Shown here piece by piece: positions 54,607 to 61,990 of a DNA stretch of 61,990 nt; within the stretch, counting starts at the first letter, position 1, and each line of letters opens with the position of its first letter. Source of the stretch: Patescibacteria group bacterium (GTDB lineage: Bacteria > Patescibacteriota > Minisyncoccia > Phycocordibacterales > UBA918). The position numbers were made by a program, and so were the translations under genes. A model generated the notes under the pieces. That model had not been told where the DNA came from. It worked only from the letters and a program-made list of their open reading frames with translations, and did not search any database. The stretch is taken from contig JAIETH010000005.1 in the NCBI GenBank assembly GCA_019745315.1, positions 1 through 61,990 of the forward strand. Reading direction: 5' to 3'.

Positions 54607-54957
54607 ATGGAAACTTCCTCAAACAAAAAGATTTTACGAGATAGACGACACGCACGTGTTCGATCTCGTGTTCACGGTACTGCGCTTCGTCCACGTCTCG
54701 CAGTATTTCGATCAAATCGCTATGTGTATGCGCAGCTCATCAATGATGATACGCAGACTACTATTGCTGCATCTGATTCTCGTAAGGTGTCAGGAGCTAC
54801 GACAACAGTACGCGCTGGCGAAGTCGGACGTGTTATTGCAGAGGTTGCAAAGAAGCAGGGAATTGAGGCTGCTGTCTTTGATCGCGGAGGTTTTCAGTAC
54901 CAGGGAGTTGTTGCGGCTGTCGCAGAGGGAGCACGTAATGGCGGACTTGTATTTTAA
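54607..54957 (+). CDS. rplR: 50S ribosomal protein L18
   Basis: RPRLAVFRSN, VFDRGG, ARNGGLVF. Confidence 0.97.
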   Translation: METSSNKKILRDRRHARVRSRVHGTALRPRLAVFRSNRYVYAQLINDDTQTTIAASDSRKVSGATTTVRAGEVGRVIAEVAKKQGIEAAVFDRGGFQYQGVVAAVAEGARNGGLVF

Positions 54958-54969
54958 TATACGATATTC

Positions 54970-55569
54970 ATGATAGACGAAACTACTACAACACAAAACG
55001 ATATTGAAACTACTCCTGAGGTAGCGGCTGAACCAGCTGTTGTTCCAGCTTCACGTGAAAAAGATGCCCTTCGAGATCCAAAGAAGAATCCTCGTCGAAC
55101 AGTTCGAAGAGGGGCTCCCCGACGAGAAGAACGAGCTCGTCCTGAGTATGCGCAGAAAATCATCAGTATTCGTCGTGTAACACGTGTTATGGCCGGTGGT
55201 CGCCGCTTTACCTTTAGCGTTGCGATGGTTGCAGGAAATAAGGCTGGAAAAGTAGGAGTTGGTATCGGAAAAGCGGGAGATACACAGCTCGCTATTGAAA
55301 AAGCATTTCGTGCTGCGAAAAAGAATATGATCCAGGTTACTATGGATGAGCATAGCCGTATTCCTCATGATGTATCTACCAAGTACGCATCAAGCCAGAT
55401 CATGATGATGCCGTCTCCAGGACGAGGACTCGTGGCGGGTTCTTCAGTACGTACAGTGCTTGAGCTTGCGGGAGTAAAAGATGTTACTGCAAAGGTGTTC
55501 TCTCGTAGCAAGAACAAGCTTAACAACGCAAATGCTGCAATACAGGCCTTGAAGCAGCTTCGCGCATAA
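54970..55569 (+). CDS. rpsE: 30S ribosomal protein S5
   Basis: IRRVTRVMAGGRRF, GKVGVGIGKA, VLELAGV. Confidence 0.97.
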   Translation: MIDETTTTQNDIETTPEVAAEPAVVPASREKDALRDPKKNPRRTVRRGAPRREERARPEYAQKIISIRRVTRVMAGGRRFTFSVAMVAGNKAGKVGVGIGKAGDTQLAIEKAFRAAKKNMIQVTMDEHSRIPHDVSTKYASSQIMMMPSPGRGLVAGSSVRTVLELAGVKDVTAKVFSRSKNKLNNANAAIQALKQLRA

Positions 55570-55598
55570 GTCTACTAGACTCACAATAAAAAAGAGAT

Positions 55599-56048
55599 AT
55601 GCAATTACATCAACTACAACCAAAAACAAAACGTATTAAAATGGCGCGTGTTGGACGTGGTGGAAAGCGTGGAAAAACTTCAGGAAAGGGTATGAAGGGA
55701 CAGAAGTCACGTGCTGGAAACAGTATGCGTCCTGAGCTCCGTGATATGATTAAGAAGCTTCCAAAGCTTCGCGGTCATGGAAAGAATCGTGCAGATACGG
55801 TAAACAATGAGCGCGCGATTGCGCTTCCGGTAAATCTCACAGCTCTCGAGCTTGCATTTGGTGCAGGTGCAGAGATCAATCCACGATCTTTGGAATCAAA
55901 AGGCCTTATCCGTATTCGCGGAGGGAAGTCACCCCTGGTGAAGATTCTCGGAACAGGAACACTCTCAAAGAAGTTTATTGTTTCAGGATGTAAAGTTTCA
56001 GCGAGTGCAAAAGAGAAGATCCTCGCAGTTGGTGGAACGGTTGCATAA
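55599..56048 (+). CDS. rplO: 50S ribosomal protein L15 (no rpmD upstream)
   Basis: RVGRGGKRGKTSGKGMKGQKSR, VKILGTG, AKEKILAVGG. Confidence 0.97.
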   Translation: MQLHQLQPKTKRIKMARVGRGGKRGKTSGKGMKGQKSRAGNSMRPELRDMIKKLPKLRGHGKNRADTVNNERAIALPVNLTALELAFGAGAEINPRSLESKGLIRIRGGKSPLVKILGTGTLSKKFIVSGCKVSASAKEKILAVGGTVA

Positions 56049-56049
56049 T

Positions 56050-57321
56050 ATGGATTCATTCATACATAAGGTAAAACTCATTTTTGGAGACGCATCACTC
56101 CGAAACAGAATATTTTTTGTTATAGGGTGTCTTGTACTCTTCCGCGCTCTCGCAACGGTACCAATTCCAGGTGTCGATTTGATGCGTCTTGAGCAATTTT
56201 TCTCAAACAACCAATTTTTTGGTTTGCTTAATATTTTCTCTGGAGGAGGTCTTTCAAACCTCTCTCTTGTGATGCTTGGTGTAGGGCCATACATTACAGC
56301 TTCAATTATCATGCAGCTCTGTACGGTGATCTTCCCGAAGCTTAAAGAGATGTACAGTGAGGAAGGGGAGGCGGGACGCCAGAAGTTTACGCAGATTAGC
56401 CGTCTTTTGACACTTCCTCTTGCTATTCTTCAGGGATTTGGTTTCCTCGTACTTCTTCAGAATCAAGGAATCCTTGGCGAGCTTAATCTCGTTAACTTTG
56501 TGACCAACATTCTTGTTGTTGTTGCTGGATCAATACTCTTGATGTGGATTGGAGAATTGGTAACTGAATTCGGTATTGGAAACGGAATTTCATTGATCAT
56601 TTTTGCTGGTATTGTCGCAGGTCTTCCAGCTATCATTAGCCAGCTTCTCTTCTCATTTGATACTGCTCAGATACCTCTCTATCTCGGTTTCGTTGTGGTT
56701 GCGATGATCATTATTTATGGAGTGGTAGTGGTCACAGAGGCTGAGCGACCAATTCCTATTACCTACGCGAAGCGAGTGCGTGGTAATAAGGTGTATGGTG
56801 GCGTATCAACATACCTCCCACTTCGCCTTAATCAGGCTGGAGTTATACCAATCATCTTTGCGCTTTCTATACTTTTGTTCCCTCAGATGATTCTCAATAT
56901 CCTCTCTGGTATTGATGCCGCATGGGTTTCTCGTGCATCATCTATGGTTCTCGCATTCTTTCAAAGCCAGTGGCTCTATGCACTCGCATACTTCTTCCTG
57001 GTGTTTGTGTTTACGTACTTCTATACAGCAGTGACATTTGATCCAGATGCTATATCAAAAAATCTCCAGAGAAATGGTGCCTTTGTGCCAGGTGTTCGTC
57101 CAGGAAACCATACCTCTGAGTATCTTGGGAAAGTGATCACTCGTCTTACATTTGTGGGCGCAGGATTCCTCGGACTTATCGCAGTGCTTCCACTTGTTAT
57201 GCAGAACCTTACCGGGTTTACCGCGCTCGCTATCGGAGGAACAGCGCTCCTTATCGTAGTATCGGTAGTACTCGACTTCATTAGAAGGATCGACTCACAA
57301 ATTTCTCTTCGAGAATACTAA
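56050..57321 (+). CDS. secY: Preprotein translocase subunit SecY
   Basis: LGVGPYITASII, GIGNGISLII, NQAGVIPIIFA, PGVRPG, IGGTALLI. Confidence 0.98.
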   Translation: MDSFIHKVKLIFGDASLRNRIFFVIGCLVLFRALATVPIPGVDLMRLEQFFSNNQFFGLLNIFSGGGLSNLSLVMLGVGPYITASIIMQLCTVIFPKLKEMYSEEGEAGRQKFTQISRLLTLPLAILQGFGFLVLLQNQGILGELNLVNFVTNILVVVAGSILLMWIGELVTEFGIGNGISLIIFAGIVAGLPAIISQLLFSFDTAQIPLYLGFVVVAMIIIYGVVVVTEAERPIPITYAKRVRGNKVYGGVSTYLPLRLNQAGVIPIIFALSILLFPQMILNILSGIDAAWVSRASSMVLAFFQSQWLYALAYFFLVFVFTYFYTAVTFDPDAISKNLQRNGAFVPGVRPGNHTSEYLGKVITRLTFVGAGFLGLIAVLPLVMQNLTGFTALAIGGTALLIVVSVVLDFIRRIDSQISLREY

Positions 57322-57393
57322 AAACTAAAAAGCGACCAGTGTGGTCGCTTTTTAGTTTTTGCAGAACGTAGATAAATTGATATTCTAGAATAT

Positions 57394-57987
57394 ATGCTTA
57401 CAGAGAGCGCGGGTCACCTCATACTTCTGATGGCTCCTATGGGGAGTGGAAAAAACGCACTTAAGGATGCTGCAAAACAAGCCTATCCAGAAATAGTATT
57501 TTTAGTTTCGTGTACAACGCGTACGCCGCGCCCGGGTGAAGTGGAGGGAAGAGAGTACTACTTTCTTTCACGAGATGTATTCATGGAAAAAGTGCACGCG
57601 GGAGAGTTTGTTGAATGGGCGGAGTTTGGAGGTAATCTCTATGGAACCCTTAAATCTGAAATTCTAGAACCTCTTGAAGAAGGTCGTGTTGTTTTAAATG
57701 AAATTGAACTTCAGGGCGTTGAACAGCTACGCGCACTTATTCCAAAAGAAAATCGTACGGTGGTCTATATTGAGGCGGGTGATTGGGAGGCGCTCCGCGA
57801 ACGAGCATTGAAGCGAGCGCCCATGTCTGACGAAGAACTTGAGAAGAGACATGCGCGCTACCTTATTGAGCGTGAATCAAAAAAAATCGCTGACGTCATA
57901 ATTGAAAATTATGACGGGGGGCTTGCGGCGGCACAAAAAGCTTTTGTTGATCTTGTTGGGGGTGTTATAGAAAGGTGTAAAAAATAA
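57394..57987 (+). CDS. gmk: Guanylate kinase
   Basis: P-loop APMGSGK, SCTTRTPRPGEVEGREYYF, EWAEFGGNLYGT. Confidence 0.92.
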   Translation: MLTESAGHLILLMAPMGSGKNALKDAAKQAYPEIVFLVSCTTRTPRPGEVEGREYYFLSRDVFMEKVHAGEFVEWAEFGGNLYGTLKSEILEPLEEGRVVLNEIELQGVEQLRALIPKENRTVVYIEAGDWEALRERALKRAPMSDEELEKRHARYLIERESKKIADVIIENYDGGLAAAQKAFVDLVGGVIERCKK

Positions 57988-58046
57988 TAATTCCATCAGC
58001 GCAATTCCTTGTATTTTACGTGGCGCTCTAGTACTCTAAAATCACT

Positions 58047-58667
58047 ATGAATCTAGTATCTCAACCCCACAAGGCCCCAGAAACAGTTATTTTCATCGGA
58101 CCACAAGGTAGTGGCAAAGGAACACAAATAGAGCGTCTTGACGCACATTTGCGCTCTGTAGACCCTGCTCGGAAGATTGCTGATATCCAAAGTGGACGTA
58201 AGTTTCGTGCTTTTGCCGCTGACGAGGAAGGCTATACTGCTGATCATATACGAGAGACCCTGAATACCGGCATATTGCAGCCTCTTTTCCTCTCTGTTGC
58301 GCTCTGGGGAACTGAGATGGTTCATATGGTTGACCCGAATTCTCACGTTCTTATTGATGGCTTTCCTCGAGCGGTTCCTGAAGCTATCGTGCTCGAGACC
58401 GCATTTGAATTTTATAAACGTGAAAATATCTCAGTTGTATTTCTTGATACGCCAGAAGAAGTGGTGCGCCAGCGTATGGTGGCGCGGGCGAGAGAAGACG
58501 ATACTGCTGACTCCATTGAAGAGAGGCTTTCATGGTACCGAGAGAAAACTCTTCCTGTTGTTGAATACTATAGAGATCGTCCTCACACAAACCTCATCAC
58601 TATCGATGGCACCAAAACAGTTGACGAAGTAAGTGCAGAAATTATACGCGCGCTCGGGTACGTCTAA
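58047..58667 (+). CDS. adk: Adenylate kinase family NMP kinase (short LID)
   Basis: GPQGSGKGTQ, LIDGFPR, REDD, IDG; located upstream of map. Confidence 0.85.
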   Translation: MNLVSQPHKAPETVIFIGPQGSGKGTQIERLDAHLRSVDPARKIADIQSGRKFRAFAADEEGYTADHIRETLNTGILQPLFLSVALWGTEMVHMVDPNSHVLIDGFPRAVPEAIVLETAFEFYKRENISVVFLDTPEEVVRQRMVARAREDDTADSIEERLSWYREKTLPVVEYYRDRPHTNLITIDGTKTVDEVSAEIIRALGYV

Positions 58668-58674
58668 GGCTTTT

Positions 58675-59442
58675 ATGATTCATATTAAAACTCCTGAAGA
58701 TATCGCAAAGCTTAAAAAAGCAGGAAATATTCTTGCAGAGATTTTGCGTGCCCTAAAGAAAATGAGTGTTCCAGGTGTGACAACTGAAGAGCTTGATGAT
58801 GAAGCAGCTCGCCTTATGGATGAGTATGGTGTTGAGCCGGTGCTTCTCGGATATCATCCAGAGTTCGCTCCGCGTCCGTATCCTGCAGTGATTTGTGCTT
58901 CAGTCAATGATGTGGTGGTTCACGGAATTCCTAATGAAGATCCATACACGCTTAAGGACGGAGATATTATTAGTCTCGATACGGCACTTGCGTTTGAAGG
59001 GATGATTGCAGACTCAGCGATTACTGTGGCTGTTGGAAAGATTGATGCAGCGTCTAAAAAACTTATTTCAGTAACTCATGCGGCGTGTGATAGAGGGATA
59101 CAAGCGGCTCAGGTAGGGAACACCGTAGGAGACATAGGGCATGCGATCTCTTCATATGTAGAGCGTGAGGGATTTAGTATTGTTGAAGAGCTCTCTGGTC
59201 ACGGAGTCGGGTATGCAGTGCATGAAGAACCGTTCGTGGCAAATTTTGGAAACCCTGGCGAGGGCGATGTGCTTGAAGCTGGTATGGTTATCGCAATTGA
59301 GCCTATGGTAAACATGGGTAAGAAGCAGGTTGTCTTTGAAAAGGATGGATATACGGTTCGTACAAAAGACCGCTCACGAAGTGCGCACTTTGAACATACG
59401 GTGGTGATTACAGAAAAAGGACCAGTAGTGGTCACGCGCTAA
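58675..59442 (+). CDS. map: Methionine aminopeptidase type I
   Basis: SVNDVVVHGIP, GDIISLD, ADSAIT, GHGVG, IAIEPM, SAHFEHT. Confidence 0.97.
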   Translation: MIHIKTPEDIAKLKKAGNILAEILRALKKMSVPGVTTEELDDEAARLMDEYGVEPVLLGYHPEFAPRPYPAVICASVNDVVVHGIPNEDPYTLKDGDIISLDTALAFEGMIADSAITVAVGKIDAASKKLISVTHAACDRGIQAAQVGNTVGDIGHAISSYVEREGFSIVEELSGHGVGYAVHEEPFVANFGNPGEGDVLEAGMVIAIEPMVNMGKKQVVFEKDGYTVRTKDRSRSAHFEHTVVITEKGPVVVTR

Positions 59443-59492
59443 AAGGGTATACTGCTTGAAAAATCCTTAAAGTGTGCTATTTTTTGTACACT

Positions 59493-60116
59493 ATGACTCA
59501 AAATACACCAGAGAAGCGCGAGCTTCATAAAGAGCGCACATTCGTTATTATTAAGCCTGATGGAGTACAGCGAGGGCTCATCGGAGAGATTATTTCTCGA
59601 TTCGAGCGAACAGGACTTAAGTTTGTTGGGTTTAAGTTTTTGGTTCCTACGAAGGAGCAGTGTCTCACTCACTACAACAAGGACGAGGCATGGTTTTTGC
59701 GTAAAGGGAATCGTATTATCGAAGATTTGACAGCACAAGGACTGCCGGTAGAGAAGGACGCTATGGCATACGGACGTGGCATCATTGACACTATTGTTGC
59801 ATTTATGACAGCGGGGCCAGTGCTTGCTATGGTTATTGAAGGTAATCAGTCGGTTGCGATCGTAACTAAGATTACGGGTTCAACCGAACCAGCTACGTCC
59901 GATGTAGGTACCATTCGCGGAGACTTGACCGTTGATTCATATGCTCATTCAACATTCCAGAATCGCGCAGTTCGAAACCTTATTCACTGTTCAGAATCTC
60001 CAGAAGAGGCAGAGCGAGAAATCAAAGTATGGTTTGATGAGAGCGAAATCATTCCCTACAAGACTGCTCAGGAGAAAATTCTCTACGACGTAGACCTCAA
60101 CGGAATCTTTGAGTAA
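59493..60116 (+). CDS. ndk: Nucleoside-diphosphate kinase
   Basis: ERTFVIIKPDGVQRGL, GSTEP, GTIRGD, NLIHCS. Confidence 0.95.
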   Translation: MTQNTPEKRELHKERTFVIIKPDGVQRGLIGEIISRFERTGLKFVGFKFLVPTKEQCLTHYNKDEAWFLRKGNRIIEDLTAQGLPVEKDAMAYGRGIIDTIVAFMTAGPVLAMVIEGNQSVAIVTKITGSTEPATSDVGTIRGDLTVDSYAHSTFQNRAVRNLIHCSESPEEAEREIKVWFDESEIIPYKTAQEKILYDVDLNGIFE

Positions 60117-60201
60117 GCACTATTTTAGACTATTCAAAAAAAGCGCCTCAGGCGCTTTTTTTGTGGATTGTGTTTTGTGAGGAAGTGATATACTAGAGGC
60201 A

Positions 60202-60354
60202 GGGTTACATATTTGCATGTTACTCTTAAAGCATCGTCAGGGAGCTTGAAGCATAGCTCGCCAATGAGAGCCGTGGGAAACCAAAGGATTTCAGCGGACG
60301 ACTAGATAGAGCACCCACCTGGAGTTTTCTAGGGACACATGCTTTATGTAACCC
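60202..60354 (+). ncRNA. ssrS: Probable 6S RNA
   Basis: Own extended -10 (TGATATACT 60186-60194) and terminator (60363-60383). Ends pair (GGGTTACAT/ATGTAACCC, GCATGT/ACATGC). Contains GGGAGCTTGA and GCACCCACCT, which I recall from 6S RNAs. Confidence 0.6.
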
Positions 60355-60402
60355 ACGCAAGTAGTCCGCTTTGCGGACTTTTTGCGTTATACTTATTTCT
60401 GT

Positions 60403-60798
60403 ATGCAGGTATCTCCCCGATTTGACGCATCATTCATTCTTTTTTTTCTGTCACTCGTACTTCTGGCGGTTATTCACTATCTCGCAATAAACCTATCGCT
60501 CTACTGGATCTATCCATGGCTTGATATACCGATTCATTTTCTGGGAGGGGCAGTCGTTGCGCTTGGTACACAAAGCTCTCTTTTTAAACGTATATTCAAG
60601 ACACCTGATATTTCTTTTGCAAAAACACTCTTGATCGTTCTTTTTGTGGGAACGGTTTGGGAAGTGTTTGAATGGCGTGTCGGTATTGTAGACTCAATAA
60701 AGTATGCGTTTGATACTGGTCTCGATATCTGCATGGATCTATTGGGGGGAGTGATTGGATTTGTAACAGCGAAAGCGCTTTCGCACTTAGAACAATAG
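60403..60798 (+). CDS. Hypothetical membrane protein
   Basis: Four hydrophobic segments; WLDIPIHFLGG, WEVFEW, DTGLDICMDLLGG. Confidence 0.75.
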   Translation: MQVSPRFDASFILFFLSLVLLAVIHYLAINLSLYWIYPWLDIPIHFLGGAVVALGTQSSLFKRIFKTPDISFAKTLLIVLFVGTVWEVFEWRVGIVDSIKYAFDTGLDICMDLLGGVIGFVTAKALSHLEQ

Positions 60799-60803
60799 TA
60801 TCT

Positions 60804-61990
60804 ATGAATACTGCGCGTATAGGATTTTATGGAGGAGTGGGGAGTGTAACGGGTGCAAACTTTTTTTTAGACACGGGCGCCCAAAAAATACTTATTGATT
60901 GTGGGTTGGTGCAAGGAAGTGCGTTTGCGCAAAAAGAGAATGCAGGCGTGTTTCCATATAACCCGCAGGAAATTGATATGCTTTTTGTGACTCACGCTCA
61001 CGCTGATCACATTGGGCGCATTCCAAAGCTTGTGAAAGATGGTTTTAAAGGAGTCATTTGGTCAACGCCTCCGACACGTGCGCTTGCCGAAGTGATGCTT
61101 AAAGATGCATATGAGGTTATGGTCGTTGAATCAAAGCGTGCTCATATACCTATTTTGTATGACATGGAGGATATTGATGCGGCCTTTGCTCTCTGGAAGA
61201 CGTTTACGTATGGAGAAGAAAAGAAGCTCGAAGGAGGTGTGTCGGTTGTGCTTGCGAGTGCAGGGCATATCCTCGGCTCATCACTTGTTACCTTTATGCG
61301 TGATGGCAAAAAGCTTATGTTCACGGGGGATATTGGTAATGTTCCGCAGCCGTTACTTGATGCGCCAGAAGCACGCGACGATCTTTCGTTTCTTGTTATG
61401 GAAAGTGTCTATGGAGATAGGGTTCACGAAGGTGTGAGTGATCGATCAGAAATTCTTCTTTCAGAAATTAAACGAACGATAGAGAGGAAGGGTGTGCTTA
61501 TCATTCCTGCGTTTTCTCTTGAGCGCACACAGTCAATGCTCTATGAAATCAATAACTTCGTAGAGCAAAAGCTTATTCCCGCAATTCCTGTTTTTCTCGA
61601 TTCGCCCTTGGCTATCTCAGTGACTGGGGTCTATAAAACATTTAAAGAATATTTGAGCACAGATATTCAATCGCAGCTTGCGCATGGCGACGATGTTTTT
61701 GATTTTCCTCGACTCGCTTTGACGCGTACCATTGCATCATCTCGTGAGATAGAAGGGGTCGCAGGACCAAAGATCATCATCGCTGGTTCAGGGATGTCGC
61801 ATGGGGGACGCATTCGAGCGCATGAGCGCCTGTATTTAGATCATGAGGATACGACACTACTGCTTGTTGGTTTCCAGACGGTAGGAAGTATTGGACGCTT
61901 GCTGCAAGATGGTGCAGATCACGTGGTTATCGATGGGGAGCGTGTGAAGGTGCGCGCGCGGATTCAGACGATACGCGGCTACTCAGGACA
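60804..61990 (+). CDS. MBL-fold beta-CASP RNA-metabolising nuclease, truncated by the window end
   Basis: MNTARIGFYGGVGSVTGANF, LIDCG, THAHADHIGR, AGHILGS, FTGDIG, MESVYG, IPAFSLER, GSGMSHGGR. No stop before 61990. Confidence 0.9.
   Translation, partial: MNTARIGFYGGVGSVTGANFFLDTGAQKILIDCGLVQGSAFAQKENAGVFPYNPQEIDMLFVTHAHADHIGRIPKLVKDGFKGVIWSTPPTRALAEVMLKDAYEVMVVESKRAHIPILYDMEDIDAAFALWKTFTYGEEKKLEGGVSVVLASAGHILGSSLVTFMRDGKKLMFTGDIGNVPQPLLDAPEARDDLSFLVMESVYGDRVHEGVSDRSEILLSEIKRTIERKGVLIIPAFSLERTQSMLYEINNFVEQKLIPAIPVFLDSPLAISVTGVYKTFKEYLSTDIQSQLAHGDDVFDFPRLALTRTIASSREIEGVAGPKIIIAGSGMSHGGRIRAHERLYLDHEDTTLLLVGFQTVGSIGRLLQDGADHVVIDGERVKVRARIQTIRGYSG

Noticed and set aside
55569-55599. Absence of rpmD (L30) as a novelty
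   Set aside because: Loss of L30 is an established trait of CPR; used only as taxonomic evidence.

Overview
Chromosomal window from a Patescibacteria (CPR), most likely a Parcubacteria-type genome. This rests on several signs: no rpmD between rpsE and rplO, a trigger factor lacking its FKBP domain, an ECF sigma paired with a DUF5667-like gene, a type IV pilus/comEC set, and core genes without Shine-Dalgarno motifs; genetic code 11 fits. The left third holds housekeeping genes (rpsO, xer, xth, cca, hup, rny, clpP, tig, ppa, nusA), four tRNAs, six parS-like sites and DnaA boxes, so it is probably near the origin. The middle has a pilB-pilC-minor pilin operon, tpiA-pgk, recJ-rnhA-comEC and sod. 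The right half has the str, S10 and spc ribosomal clusters (the S10 cluster is interrupted twice by accessory genes), then gmk-adk-map-ndk, a probable 6S RNA and a truncated beta-CASP nuclease. No CRISPR array, transposase, prophage or reverse transcriptase was found. The most unusual signals are non-coding: (1) palindromic modules appended to tRNA genes, each carrying direct and inverted copies of its own host tRNA 3' end around shared structured cores; (2) an orphan structured RNA of about 300 nt at 6260-6558; (3) parS sites written into the yraN coding region; (4) GC-rich solitary genes sharing a hairpin-GTTCTT-CACCCG trailer. No database searches were run; all calls come from motifs recognised by eye.
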